Below the pieces are notes generated by a model. That model searched no databases and was not told the origin of the DNA. It saw only the letters and a list, made by a program, of their open reading frames with translations. A DNA stretch of 64,000 nt from Myxococcota bacterium. Its GTDB lineage: Bacteria; Myxococcota_A; SURF-8. The position numbers were made by a program, and so were the translations under genes. Below are positions 29,420 to 40,500 of the stretch, in pieces. The stretch is from contig CAXXQS010000001.1 in the NCBI GenBank assembly GCA_963674735.2, forward strand, positions 160,001-224,000. The letters are read 5' to 3'. Position 1 is the stretch's first letter. Each line of letters opens with the position of its first letter.

Positions 29420-30124
29420 TCAGGGCTTTTCGGCCAGCATATAGCAGGCGGGAATGTCGCGTTCGTCGAATTTTCTCTCGAAAATCGTGCGGATGTTGTG
29501 CTCGACGTAGGAACTGTGGGCGAGATCGCGTGTTTCGGCGAGAAGCTGCAGCGGACTGTTGCGCAGATCGTCGAGATATTCTCCGAAGCGTTCCTGGTGG
29601 TCGGTTTTCAGTTCGAAGCGTCCGCCGGATACCAGCAGATCGGTCAAGGCTTCCAGAAAGGGACCATCCACCATGCGCCGGTAGCGTTGCCGTTCTTTGG
29701 CCGCCCACGGATCTGGGAAGAAAACCATGACCTTACTCAATTCGCCCGCTGCGAAGATGAAAGGTAGGAAATTCGCGTCGAAGCGCAGCATGAAGGCGTT
29801 GGTCGCGCCGGCCTGAGTCAGCCGTTTGGCCACTTTGTAAACCCGGCGAAACTTGATCTCGATTCCGAGAACGCATACCTCCGGATTGGCCAGTGCGTAT
29901 TCCGTGATGAAGCGTCCCTTACCCGGTCCGATTTCCACGTGCAGCGGACGACCTTGACACCAATCATCCCAATGCCCCCGGCGTTCCATGGCTTCGCAGG
30001 GATGGACGAGTCGTTCGGGAAACTGCTCTTTGACTCGGAGCAGATACGGATTACAGCGGGTGTAGCCCGGTTCGTCGTAAAAGGGACGGCGGGGTTGAGT
30101 GGGTTTCTGTCGTTCTTTGGCCAT
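29420..30124 (-). CDS. trmB: tRNA (guanine-N7)-methyltransferase
   Basis: 'VEIGPGKG', 'LGIE', 'FPDPW', 'KTD', 'T.FERKF'. Confidence 0.92.
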   Translation of the reverse strand: MAKERQKPTQPRRPFYDEPGYTRCNPYLLRVKEQFPERLVHPCEAMERRGHWDDWCQGRPLHVEIGPGKGRFITEYALANPEVCVLGIEIKFRRVYKVAKRLTQAGATNAFMLRFDANFLPFIFAAGELSKVMVFFPDPWAAKERQRYRRMVDGPFLEALTDLLVSGGRFELKTDHQERFGEYLDDLRNSPLQLLAETRDLAHSSYVEHNIRTIFERKFDERDIPACYMLAEKP

Positions 30125-30163
30125 TGAAACTTCCTGAAAAAATGCGTTGCGTCGGCGGATGTA

Positions 30164-32155
30164 TCAGGGTTTGGGCGACTGTGGGCGACGGCTCGGTCTC
30201 GCGTTTTTGTCGCGGGCGTCGGGTATCTTATTGTGATTGCGAAAGACTTCCGTCAGCGGCATGCCGTCGATATCCGTCCAGTGTTCGGCGTATCGGGCAC
30301 CGAAAGCCTGGCGTAGCAGGTAAATGCCGTCGGTGTAGAATTTCCAATGATTCATGACCGCGAAATCGGCGTTTTCGATCCGATTCGCCCGGCGGATATC
30401 GGCACGCAGGAAGCCGTCTTTTTTATAGGCGTTGAAAGAATCGTGGGGGGTGTTGTTCCACCAGATGCGCCCGTTGTGTGGAACTTCTTCGTTGAGATAG
30501 GGCAAAACGGCGCGGCTGGAGGCGGCCCAGAAGGTGCGTTGCATCCCGACTTCCGGTGCGGCGATGGACCCACCCATCAACTCGTTGTAATAACTCAGAG
30601 TGTGGGGATGGGTGTGGGCGATGCCCGCCAAGCCGGGGACCACGGCGGCCAGGCCCAGAACAAGCCCCACGGCGACACCCGCCCATTTTTGTCGTAGACC
30701 CGGCAGCAAGGGGCTGAGGCGCGCCACCATTCCACGCAGAGCGATTGCGGCCGCGATACACAGGTATGGCATGGCGGTCATCCAATGTTTGGTGCCGCCG
30801 TAGATCGGCGTTTTGGGATTCATGATGATCAGGATGGGTAAGGCGATGTTGACCACGATCAGCCATTGGTCGAAACGGCTGTCTACCACCGGGTGGGCGT
30901 TACGGCTGGGATGCCGCGTTAACAGCGCTTCAGGCTGGGTCCATTCAAGGCCGCGTATACGAGTCCACAGGCAACGCAGCGGCGCGGCGAAATAGCCGTG
31001 GAAAAGCAGAACCGCCAGACCGGCCAGCATAAGGAACAAAGCCCCGGCGGGGATCGTGAATCCACTCATCACCAGCGGGTAATGCCAGGCGAAGGGAGGC
31101 GGGTTGACCACGATGTCGTGCAGGTAGTAGGTTTCCCAAGCCGGAGGATTCAAATGCCGGTTGAAGTAATTGGCGAGACGCGGGGCGGTGTCGTACCAGA
31201 TCCAGGGCCACAACATGAAGAACACCAGGGGAGCGGTGAACAGCGGCGGCAGAATCGGTGCGATATGTCTCGGGAGGGTCGGATGCGGGCGCAGGCAATG
31301 GAAGGCCAACAGCAGGTTGATGAGCAACAGGTCGAGGAGTACGACGGTTTTAAAAACTCCGAGACCGCCCAATAAAGCCAATGGCGGAGCCGCGATCAGT
31401 CCAAACCCAAGTAGTAACTTCCACTTGCGAGCGCTTTTGAGTGACAGCGGAATGGACGCGAGCGAACGGAAAAAGTCTTTCCGATAGGTCGACACCAGAT
31501 AGAGGATTGCAAAGACAACAGGCAGGAAATAGGCATTGTTCTTTGTGGCAAGCCCGACGCCCAGCAAAACGCCGGTCAGCCAGGCCCAGCGATGCGATTC
31601 CATGCCGCGGCGGAAGGCATAAATGGTGATGAACCAGACGGCCACCACCGGCATATCGAAAGTGTTGAGGTGCGTATGGAAAAAGACGCGCGGCAGGGTG
31701 AACAGCAGCAGTACGGCGAACAGGGCATAGGGCAGCCCCAGCCATTCGGTGACGAGCAGCACCATGAACAGCACCATCACCGCTGTGAAGACCCAGGTGC
31801 TCATCCGGTGGCTGTTGCCGTAGTTGAACCAGCCCAGCCAGTCATACCAGATCTGGTGATTCAAACCCTGCATGGTTTTGCAAAAGGGCGGGTGTTCGTG
31901 ATTATTACGCCAGTGACGATCGACGACGGGCTGCCTGAAAGCGGTCAGTGGATTGCCCTTCAGCGTGCTGCTTACCCAGGTTTTGACCCAGCCGTAGTTG
32001 TCGCGCGAGGCGGCGAAATAATAGCCTTCGTCCTTGGTATAGCCCATTCCGTCCCAGGTAGCGGCGATCCAGACGAAGTGAGCCGCCAATACCGTCAGCA
32101 GGATCGGTACGATCCGGGTTTTCTTCATTTTCGGGCGAATGCGAAAGAGTATCAT
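30164..32155 (-). CDS. Glycosyltransferase family 39 (ArnT/PMT-like, GT-C)
   Basis: 'DEGYY', 'EHPPF.K', 'P..FFH', 'FDMP', 'GLATK', 'LSYYN'; ATG 32155 after GAGGA. Confidence 0.85.
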   Translation of the reverse strand: MILFRIRPKMKKTRIVPILLTVLAAHFVWIAATWDGMGYTKDEGYYFAASRDNYGWVKTWVSSTLKGNPLTAFRQPVVDRHWRNNHEHPPFCKTMQGLNHQIWYDWLGWFNYGNSHRMSTWVFTAVMVLFMVLLVTEWLGLPYALFAVLLLFTLPRVFFHTHLNTFDMPVVAVWFITIYAFRRGMESHRWAWLTGVLLGVGLATKNNAYFLPVVFAILYLVSTYRKDFFRSLASIPLSLKSARKWKLLLGFGLIAAPPLALLGGLGVFKTVVLLDLLLINLLLAFHCLRPHPTLPRHIAPILPPLFTAPLVFFMLWPWIWYDTAPRLANYFNRHLNPPAWETYYLHDIVVNPPPFAWHYPLVMSGFTIPAGALFLMLAGLAVLLFHGYFAAPLRCLWTRIRGLEWTQPEALLTRHPSRNAHPVVDSRFDQWLIVVNIALPILIIMNPKTPIYGGTKHWMTAMPYLCIAAAIALRGMVARLSPLLPGLRQKWAGVAVGLVLGLAAVVPGLAGIAHTHPHTLSYYNELMGGSIAAPEVGMQRTFWAASSRAVLPYLNEEVPHNGRIWWNNTPHDSFNAYKKDGFLRADIRRANRIENADFAVMNHWKFYTDGIYLLRQAFGARYAEHWTDIDGMPLTEVFRNHNKIPDARDKNARPSRRPQSPKP

Positions 32156-32165
32156 GCGTTCGTCC

Positions 32166-33080
32166 TCACTTCGCAAAGCCGGTAAAGGTGAAATGCCGTC
32201 GTCCGTCGTGCGGGGAATGGACGACCAACTCAATGCGGTGCACATCTCCTGAGATTTCGCTCAGATCAAATTCGCTACGTAGCCAACCGCTCGTGTTGGG
32301 TTGCAGGACTTGGCCAAGTTTCCGGCCATCCACGAGTACATCGATGTAAACCGGTTTCCCTTTCGGTTCCGCAACGGCATAGAGGGTCAACCCGTGGCGC
32401 AAGACCAGCTGTTGGGAGGCGGGTACCCGTTCGAAAACGATATGGATTTTGGTTCCCGTTACCGGGTGGGCCCAGATGGTTTCACGCCGGGCATCGCCGA
32501 TTTCCATCGGAAGAACGCCGACGTAATGCCAGTTGAGACGCGGCGAACAGCGGAAACGCTTTTCTTCGGGGACAAAGGGCAAGCAGGTGGTCGTCTTTCC
32601 GTTACGAGTGGTGTAGACATCCGCCTCGGCCAGATGTTGAACGAAGTCGAAAGCCGGACTGGGCTTGGGCAACGCCAACAACTCGATTTCGATCGGTCCG
32701 GCAAAATATCGTTTAACGGGGATGGCGCCTTGCTCGATGAAGTCGGCACGGTCGGTGAAACGGTCATGGCTTGACACGACCCACAGGCGCGAGACGTTGG
32801 GCCAGTCTTCCTGGCTGACCCGGCGAACATAATGCGGAACAAGCCCGGCTTCGACAAAGGCTTGTTCGCCGGTTGTCGCCCAGAAGGGAACGACCGCCAC
32901 GGCGTCCTGCGGCTTCGCTTGCTCTTGTATCAGACCCGCTGCTGCCTGCCAATCCCCTACGCTTGGGGTTTGCGCCGTAAGGCTGTGGTGGAAGTAAATC
33001 GACCAAAGCGCCAGCGTAACCAATAACGCGGCAGCCCCGAGTGTCAATAGCGGTTTTTTGGATGCGTGTTGGCTGTGCAT
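32166..33080 (-). CDS. Membrane-anchored hypothetical protein co-transcribed with the GT39 gene
   Basis: N-terminal TM helix, beta-rich periplasmic part; 10-bp gap to the GT39 gene. Confidence 0.7.
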   Translation of the reverse strand: MHSQHASKKPLLTLGAAALLVTLALWSIYFHHSLTAQTPSVGDWQAAAGLIQEQAKPQDAVAVVPFWATTGEQAFVEAGLVPHYVRRVSQEDWPNVSRLWVVSSHDRFTDRADFIEQGAIPVKRYFAGPIEIELLALPKPSPAFDFVQHLAEADVYTTRNGKTTTCLPFVPEEKRFRCSPRLNWHYVGVLPMEIGDARRETIWAHPVTGTKIHIVFERVPASQQLVLRHGLTLYAVAEPKGKPVYIDVLVDGRKLGQVLQPNTSGWLRSEFDLSEISGDVHRIELVVHSPHDGRRHFTFTGFAK

Positions 33081-33208
33081 TCCCAGTTGGCCGTTTATTT
33101 CTAATATAAGAGCCTACAACAACAACGAAAAGCTCCAGCTATATAGCATGTTTACACTTGGAATCAAAGGGAAAATCGGTTTTCGGGAGAGGTGCTCAAC
33201 GAAGGGAT

Positions 33209-33631
33209 TCAGCTCCAGTCGTCGGCTGGGGCGCTCATGACCAAGCGTTCGCGAATGACCCGTGGGCAGTCGGCTGTATCGCGCCAGGAACAGCCTAAGC
33301 AAACGGAGGCCAGGTCGGCCCCCGGCGAGCGCGTCAGCCAGCGGCGCAGGAGATCGACCGTGACGGAATCGCCCGCTCGCCAGCCAAGTAGTGTGAGGAC
33401 GCGCTGGTCGAGTTCGTCAGCGGTAACTTGTATGTTGGGCGATAGGCAGCAGCCGTGTTCGTCCATGTGCGGACAAGCCTTGCACAAATCATCCGCTTTC
33501 AATGTCAGTGTGGCTGTTTCACCGGCCAAAAACCGGGTTTGCAGACGCTCGCACGCCTGAATAAAGGCGGGTGAATAGCCTTTGCCTGAATAGGCCAGCA
33601 AACAAAACAAATGATGTGGCCGGAGTTTCAT
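33209..33631 (-). CDS. DUF1284 family Cys/His-rich protein
   Basis: 'LRPHHLFC', 'GKGYS..F', 'DDLCKACP', 'C.GCSW...C'. Confidence 0.85.
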   Translation of the reverse strand: MKLRPHHLFCLLAYSGKGYSPAFIQACERLQTRFLAGETATLTLKADDLCKACPHMDEHGCCLSPNIQVTADELDQRVLTLLGWRAGDSVTVDLLRRWLTRSPGADLASVCLGCSWRDTADCPRVIRERLVMSAPADDWS

Positions 33632-33803
33632 GGTGGCGGTTCCTTTGAATCGTCCGTAATGGAAACACTTTTTACCATAGCATTCTCACCCTATCGAATT
33701 CAAGCATATTCATCAACCGGGATGTCGATGCCGATCGCGCAAGGATACTGGTGTAGTTAAGTGATAACAGCAGCTTACAGGTTTGTCGATAAGCCTTTTT
33801 AAC

Positions 33804-33833
33804 TTGACAATTTGTCGGTGGTCATGTAACAAT
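33804..33833 (+). promoter_or_regulatory. Sigma70-like promoter
   Basis: TTGACA-N17-TAACAAT. Confidence 0.45.
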
Positions 33834-34048
33834 CAAAATTGGGTTTGAGGATCGATTATTTTCGAGCACATTAAACCTAAATATTGCGAAGTAAACGTAA
33901 ACTCTCTATGACTTTGTCAGGGAGTTGGGTCGTCGGGTATTCGGTGCGGTTGACAAATCGTGTGGGGGAAGGCGCAAGGGGCTGCGCTGAGGTTTCCGCT
34001 TATTTGTAAGGGGTTGAAGTGGGAGCCGAAAAGGTAAGGGGAGAAGAA

Positions 34049-34300
34049 ATGATGAAGCAGACCATCGATGGAAACCATTACGATACGGAAAGGGCGATCA
34101 AGCTGGCCGGGGCTGAGTGGTCGAATTTTCCCACCGAGGGTGACGCGGTGCGCTATACGCTTTTTAAAGACCTTGAGGGCCGGTTTTTTGTGGTCGAGGA
34201 ATCAACCTGGATGCCGGAAGGCGTGATCGTTCCAAAAACGCGTAAAGACGCAGAGTTATTTTATCTGATTTACGCTCATCAAATTTTTGAGGCTTTTTAA
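34049..34300 (+). CDS. Small hypothetical protein
   Basis: GGGGAG RBS; 'MKQTIDGNHYDTERA...TLFK...GRFF'. Confidence 0.65.
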   Translation: MMKQTIDGNHYDTERAIKLAGAEWSNFPTEGDAVRYTLFKDLEGRFFVVEESTWMPEGVIVPKTRKDAELFYLIYAHQIFEAF

Positions 34301-34549
34301 CTTCTTTCAATTCCAACGCGTTTGACGGATCGAGCAGGACGCCGCCTTATCCCAGTATGCTTCGTTTCAATTCTCCCACCATTCGATTTCCCCCATTTTT
34401 CCAGGATAGGCAAAAATCGAAAATCTCTCCAACCATTTGAAATCAATGTAAATCGCACGATCCGGACCGAAAATAGTTGCAGGTCGGCCTCAAGAATGCT
34501 ATGAGACTGGTAAATAGCTCCGGCTGATATTCACGAACGAGGGAATACG

Positions 34550-35014
34550 ATGAGCAAGACCATTGAAGGAGCGCTGGACGCCAAGGGCCTGCGGATTGGG
34601 ATTATCGTTGGCCGTTTCAATAGCTTTATCACGGAAAAACTGTTGGAAGGCGCAACGGACGCACTTGTGCGTCACGGTGCGCAAGCCACCGACATCGTCG
34701 TGATCAAAACGCCGGGAGCCTTTGAGATTCCTGCTGTTTTGAAGAAAGCCGCCGCTAGCGGCAACTACGATGCGCTGATTTGCCTGGGAGCCGTTATTCG
34801 GGGTGGAACGCCGCATTTCGACTATGTGGCGGCCGAAGTTTCCAAGGGTGTCGCGCAGGTGATGATGGAATCCATGCTGCCGATTTCCTTTGGCGTGCTT
34901 ACCTGCGATACGGTTGAGCAAGCCATCGAGCGTGCCGGAACCAAATCGGGCAACAAAGGCTTTGATTCGGCCATGGCCGTAATCGAAATGGCGAATCTTT
35001 ATAAAGAGTTGTAA
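34550..35014 (+). CDS. ribH: 6,7-dimethyl-8-ribityllumazine synthase
   Basis: 'GRFN..IT..L..GA', 'PGAFEIP', '[15 protein letters not shown]', 'GNKG'. Confidence 0.97.
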   Translation: MSKTIEGALDAKGLRIGIIVGRFNSFITEKLLEGATDALVRHGAQATDIVVIKTPGAFEIPAVLKKAAASGNYDALICLGAVIRGGTPHFDYVAAEVSKGVAQVMMESMLPISFGVLTCDTVEQAIERAGTKSGNKGFDSAMAVIEMANLYKEL

Positions 35015-35071
35015 GAGTTGTACGAAGACCAGGCAAGGTCGAAATCGGATTTTTGACATCAGGTGAAGCCC

Positions 35072-35503
35072 ATGGGCAGTCGACGCACGTCCAGGATTTG
35101 CGCACTCCAGATTTTGTATCAGATGGAGTCCAACCCCGTGACGGTTGAGCAGGCGGTCAGTCTGTATTGGATGAATTTCGAGCCGATCTCGGAAAATCCG
35201 GATCGTTTGGAAGAAATCCGTTTGTTCACCGATATGCTGATTCAAGGCGTGTCGGCGAACAAAGACCGGATTGACCAGGAAATCCAGGCCAGTTCAAAAA
35301 ACTGGAAACTCAACCGGATGGCTTTGGTGGATCGGAATATCCTTCGCCTGGCCGTGTATGAATTGTTGCTTCTTGACGATATCCCCAAACGTGTCTCCAT
35401 CAACGAGGCGATCGAACTCGGGAAGAAGTTCGGCTCCGAGGACTCGGGCTCGTTCATCAACGGCGTTCTCGACAAGATCTCTCAAGGAATCGAAAAAGGC
35501 TGA
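35072..35503 (+). CDS. nusB: Transcription antitermination factor
   Basis: 'RR.SR..ALQ.LY', 'W.L.RM..VDRNILR', 'INEAIEL.K.F', 'FINGVLD'. Confidence 0.96.
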   Translation: MGSRRTSRICALQILYQMESNPVTVEQAVSLYWMNFEPISENPDRLEEIRLFTDMLIQGVSANKDRIDQEIQASSKNWKLNRMALVDRNILRLAVYELLLLDDIPKRVSINEAIELGKKFGSEDSGSFINGVLDKISQGIEKG

Positions 35504-35507
35504 TCGT

Positions 35508-36062
35508 ATGCCACGCATGATCCTGGCAGTCGAAAGCCTGGAGGAGCTGGACCGGCTTGAGGAAGACGTGCTGGTCTTGAGCCTGTTTGCCGATGAGCGG
35601 CCATTGCGAGGGCTGAACGGCCTGGCGGATTGGCGCCTGAACGGGCGTTTGTCGGCGATGATCGTCAAGCGCGAGTTGGATGGCACCGGCGGCGAGCGTG
35701 TTCTGACGACCGTCAACCAACGTTTCGGCGCGGCTCGGTTGCTGCTGTTTGGTCTGGGACCGTTCGAGCAATTCAACAACATGACTTACGCTCGCCTGGT
35801 TGAGCGCATTTTCACCACTTTGGAAGATATGAAAGCGGCTTCTTGCGCCTTGGCGATCCCCGGCGCGAATCTTACCGATGAATTTATCTTGGAACGCTTG
35901 GCGATCCTTATCAAGGAATCGCATGCATTTTACAGGGGTGATGTTAAACTGTTTGTTGGGCGTCGGCAGAATTTCAAGGAAATGCGCGCCAAGTTCGATT
36001 TGATACACAGCGAAGTGGAAAAGCTTATGGAAAACACCAAAACGAAAGGAAAAAAAGCATGA
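35508..36062 (+). CDS. Stand-alone peptidase M17 (leucyl aminopeptidase) N-terminal-like domain protein
   Basis: 'DERPL.GL.GL.DWRLNG.LS', 'GE.VL', 'LLLFGLG'; no catalytic domain. Confidence 0.7.
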   Translation: MPRMILAVESLEELDRLEEDVLVLSLFADERPLRGLNGLADWRLNGRLSAMIVKRELDGTGGERVLTTVNQRFGAARLLLFGLGPFEQFNNMTYARLVERIFTTLEDMKAASCALAIPGANLTDEFILERLAILIKESHAFYRGDVKLFVGRRQNFKEMRAKFDLIHSEVEKLMENTKTKGKKA

Positions 36063-36184
36063 CAGTGCAGGAGTGGGTCATGGTTTTGGTGGTAACCGTG
36101 GCGGTTTTACTGTTCCCTAAAATGCCCGCTTTAGGCGATGCGTTGGGACGTACTCTCGAACGTCTGTTCCGTTCTCGTTCTTGA
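36059..36184 (+). CDS. TatA/TatE-like small membrane protein (41 aa), not in the ORF track
   Basis: MTVQEWVMVLVVTVAVLLFPKMPALGDALGRTLERLFRSRS*; AAAGGA RBS; ATGA overlap. Confidence 0.6.
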   Translation: MTVQEWVMVLVVTVAVLLFPKMPALGDALGRTLERLFRSRS

Positions 36185-36233
36185 TCAAAGGATCGATCCG
36201 CCTTCCATTCAGAAAAACTCGCCACGACCGATT

Positions 36234-37493
36234 CTAAATTTTCATTGATTCCACATAGTGTGCACACCAACCTTCATAGGCTGCGTAAAACATCTTCGGC
36301 GCCGAACAACTAACCGAGACGAGTCCATCGGAGGTGGGGGCCATCCAGAGTTCCAATTCGTACTCTAGTGGATGATCGACCAGCTCGAAGGTGATGCGGG
36401 CGTAGACGGCTTCTTTGCCGCCAAGGTGGCCGGTAACCTGCTCCAGGATGTGGAAACTCCGCTGGTTGATCTCGTTCCCTTGGACAACCTCTCGTTTCAG
36501 GTCGTCGATCAGGGCGCTCAACGGTAGGTTTTTCTCGCTTTCCAGCTCCGCCGCTATCCAGAAACCCGAGGATCGATCGACAAATTGAACGCCCTGCTGG
36601 ATTTCTTCGTTGGGAATGGCTTGCAGATTATCGGGGGTCATTCCATTGATGGGGGTATTGGCCACATGAAAGCTGGACCAGGAAGCGGGCAGTGGTAGGT
36701 GCTGGCTGATGAAAATATTGTTGAGCATAAGGGCGATCGTGACCAAGGCCAATCCGGCAAATGCGACCGCAAGCACGCTTTGTCCGATTTTATTGAGTAT
36801 TTTTTCTTTTGGGCTGCCGGGCAAGCGTGCTTGCAGCATCAAAGCCGTCAGCCCGCCCGCGATGAGGCCGCCGACGTGGGCGTAGTTGTCGATCCCTTCG
36901 ATGACCAAACCGAGACCCAGGTTGAGCAGAATCCAGGGGAGTAGGCCACGACCGAAGAATCGGCGGAAGGCGGGTGGAATAGCCTCGCGATATTTGAATC
37001 CCACCACCGCACCGGCTCCCAGTAAGCCGAAAATCGCTCCAGAAGCGCCGACCGACATGATGGGCGACCCGACATAGCTGGCGGCGATACTGGCGATACC
37101 GGAAACGAAAAACAAGACGATAAAACGTCGTTTGCCGTACAGGTTTTCGATGATACGTCCGAGCAGGTAAAGCGCATAGCCGTTGAACAGGATGTGCAAA
37201 ATTCCGAAGTGCAGGAAGATCGGTGAAACCAATCGCCAGGGTTGACCGTTGTCGATGAAGGTATTGATCTTGGCGCCCATGCGCACCAGAGTTTCCGGGT
37301 CGTTGTCGGCTCCGCAAATCAGGCTTAGTCCCCAGAATGCGATCAACAGGCCCAGAAGTGTGTAGGTGACGACAGCGGGTCGCTTGAGGGCCTGATAGAA
37401 CAGACGGGTGTCTTCGATTTCTTTGACCTGTTCGGGCGTCAGGACCACGCGACGAGGATCGACACGGCGAACGGGGCGATGGAAGAGTTTCAT
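36234..37493 (-). CDS. Rhomboid intramembrane serine protease with C-terminal soluble domain
   Basis: 'WRL', 'FLHFG..H..FN', 'GASGAIFG', 'AH.GG'. Confidence 0.92.
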   Translation of the reverse strand: MKLFHRPVRRVDPRRVVLTPEQVKEIEDTRLFYQALKRPAVVTYTLLGLLIAFWGLSLICGADNDPETLVRMGAKINTFIDNGQPWRLVSPIFLHFGILHILFNGYALYLLGRIIENLYGKRRFIVLFFVSGIASIAASYVGSPIMSVGASGAIFGLLGAGAVVGFKYREAIPPAFRRFFGRGLLPWILLNLGLGLVIEGIDNYAHVGGLIAGGLTALMLQARLPGSPKEKILNKIGQSVLAVAFAGLALVTIALMLNNIFISQHLPLPASWSSFHVANTPINGMTPDNLQAIPNEEIQQGVQFVDRSSGFWIAAELESEKNLPLSALIDDLKREVVQGNEINQRSFHILEQVTGHLGGKEAVYARITFELVDHPLEYELELWMAPTSDGLVSVSCSAPKMFYAAYEGWCAHYVESMKI

Positions 37494-37503
37494 CGGACTC
37501 CTC

Positions 37504-37543
37504 AAAAAACGCGCGTCTCCCGGATGGACGGCGAGACGCGCGT
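37504..37543 (-). terminator. Rho-independent terminator after the giant lipoprotein gene
   Basis: ACGCGCGTCTC/GAGACGCGCGT stem followed by T6 on the minus strand. Confidence 0.7.
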
Positions 37544-37577
37544 GTGACGATTGAACGGCGGATTCAGATCGAATCCC

Positions 37578-40500
37578 TTATTCGCGGCAGCGACATTCTC
37601 CTGTATCGCAAATGAAGTCCGCGCCGAATGTTTCGATACATTCGATATTGGTGACACAGCTTTGCGTACAGTAGCGTTCGAACAGCGGCCACCACTCCCC
37701 GGTGCAGTAGGATTGCGACCCATAAATGCTCCAGCAGTTTTCATCGGTGAAACAACTGCCATAGTTGCACTCGGGTGGGGGTAATTCTTCGCACAGACAA
37801 TATCCCTCAAAACAAGACGACATGTCGGGACAGTCCTGGTCGTTGCCGCAGGATTGCGTGCACCATTGCATGCCCAGCGGTTCGACGAACAGGCATTCAT
37901 TCCAGCCTTGTTCGGTGCATTCGGCGTCGGTGCTACATTCCGACTGCACGCAGCGATCGTTAGACAAATAATCGCAGACGCAGTTGCCGTAGTGGCAGCG
38001 GTAGCCGGAGGGGCATTGGCTGTCGGTATCGCAAGCTTTCGAACATTCCTTGACCTCATCGAAACCGTAAACGTCGGCACAGAAGGGCAGGTCGTTCGAA
38101 CATTGGGTGTCGGTGCTGCAGATTACCGGACAGTCGGGCGGATCGTCGGGACAGGCGCAGTAGCCGTCGGACCCGCAGGTCCACGGCTTGGGGCAGTCGC
38201 TGCCGCCGCCGCAATCCCGCGAGCAGATCCCCATATTTTCCAAACACAGCAAACCGTAATTAGTACAGGAACTGTCGTCGGAACAACCGACCTCCGCACA
38301 GGCGTTGGGGTCGAAAGCGGTCGGATCGCAGGCGTTGCCGAGACCGTCGTTGTCGGAATCGAGTTGATTCTGGTTGGCTGCATATATGCAGTTGTCGCAG
38401 GCATCGCCTAAAAGATCGCGGTCGGAATTTTCCTGTTGCGGGTTGTAGTGCGACGGGCAGTTGTCATCCACATCCGGTACGTCGTCGCCGTCACGGTCGA
38501 GCGGTTCATCCGTATCGCCGTCGATGTCCCCATCCACGACTTCAAGGCAGTTCCAGAGCGTGTTGCAATCTTCCAGACTCAGGCAAGCCAGAACGGCGCT
38601 GTCCAAGGCGGCATCTTCACAAAAATCGATGCACTCTTCGATCGTATCGCCGAAGGGCAATCCGGCTCCCAGGTAACCGCAAAGCTCGATGCGGCTACAG
38701 GCGCTGTGGCAATCGTAAACCGGCAGGTCGCCGTCGGTATCTCCATCCACTTCCTGATAAACCAAATAATCCAGGACGACTTCATCGTCGTAGCCGGTGG
38801 GGTCGACCGATTCGGCATGTAAAACGCGGGCTCTCAGATTGTATTGTCCTGCGGCTTCCGGGGTCCATACGATATTGCTGGCTCCAGGGTAGTCCATCAG
38901 GTTTTGCCAAGGCCCTCCGTCGAGACGATAATCGACTCGGTAATGAATGGGGCTGGCTGGATCGGTTGAAATGGACAACGCCACGGGATCGTCGATCTGC
39001 GCTTGATCGGGGGGGGCGGCGCTGAAACTGACGATGTCGGCGGTGGGCCAGTCGGCGGAAATGCGGTATTCGATGGTCATTTCATCGTCGTAGCCGCGTG
39101 GGTCTTCCGAGTCCGGGTGGAAGACTCGTGCTCGCAATCGGTAGTTCCCCGCCTGGGTGGGCGCCCAGCTATAGAGATAGTAGCCCGGATAATCCATAAG
39201 GGTTACCCAGTCGCCGTCTTCGAACTGCATATCGATGCGATAGTACATGTAGGGGGGTGGAGATTCGGAGCGGATGCGCAGACTGACGGCTTCGCCGAAG
39301 TCGGCATTGCCGTCCGGGGTTCCATAGAAATCGGTGATGCGAGCGGCAGGCCACGATCCGACGACTTGGTAGGGAATGATCATTTCGTCGTCGTATCCGC
39401 GCGGATCTTCGGAATCGGGATGTACCACGCGTGCCCGCAACTCATAGCTGCCAGCTTCACCCGGAGTCCAGTCGTGCTGGAAATAGCCTGGGTAGGCCAT
39501 GATCGTAGTCCAGGAACCGCCCTCCAGGCGTGCCTCGATCTGGTAGTACATGTAAGGGGGCGGGGATTCGGAACGGATGCGCAGGCTGACCATTTCACCG
39601 AGATCGGCTGTTTCGTCCGGTGTTCCGTAGAAGTCGTTGATAACGGCTTTGGGCCAGTCGGCACTAACGGTGTAGCTTAGGAAGGCTTCGTCGTCATAGC
39701 CGCGCGGATCTTCCGAATCGGGGTGTACCACACGTGCCCGCAACTGGTAGTTGCCCGGAGATTCCGGGCTCCAGTCCTTCTGGAAATATCCCGGATAATC
39801 CATCACGGTCATCCATTCTCCGCCCTCAATCCGTGCATCGATGCGATAGTACATGTAGGGCGGCGGGGATTCGGAGCGGATGCGCAGGCTGACCGTTTCG
39901 CCTACCGCAGCCTCGTCGGCCGGGTCTGCGTAAAAATCCGTGATTTTGGCCTTGGGCCAATCGGTGCTGATTTCGTAGGTGATGATACGTTCGTCGTCGT
40001 AGCCGCGCGGGTCCAGCGAATCGGGATGGAACACCCGCGCCCGCAATTCATAGCTTCCGGTTTCCGAGGGGTTCCATTCGGCCGTGTAATAACCGGGGAA
40101 GTCCATCAGCGTGACCCAGCCTTCACCGGCCCGACGAACATCGATACGATAGTACATGTAAGGGGGCGGAGATTCGGAACGGATACGCAGGTTGATCGTT
40201 TCGCCCAGGAAGGCCTCGTCGGCCGGATCTCCGTAGAAGTCGTTGATCACGGCTCGGGGCCAAGCGCTGCAGATTCCACTTGCACAGATGCCTTCCGGAA
40301 TGTCGGGATCGTTGGTTTCGCAGGGGGTGCCGTCCGGCAGGACTGTCGAGGAGCAGCCGGTGGGTTCGGTGCAGAAATCGTCGGTACAAGAATTGTCGTC
40401 GTCGCAATCCAGTTCCAAACTGACGCAATGACCGAAGTAACACAGATCTCCCTCCGTGCAAACCAATCCATCGCTACAGGAGGAGCCGTTGGGCAACGGA

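Noticed and set aside
34301-34549. FMN riboswitch upstream of ribH
   Set aside because: RFN consensus blocks not found
36059-37493. AarA-like rhomboid processing of the adjacent TatA-like protein
   Set aside because: The genes are convergent and the TatA-like peptide lacks the N-terminal extension that AarA removes; the adjacency is probably coincidental
39051-40262. CRISPR-like periodic repeats
   Set aside because: 303-bp in-frame coding repeats with synonymous variation; no spacers and no cas genes
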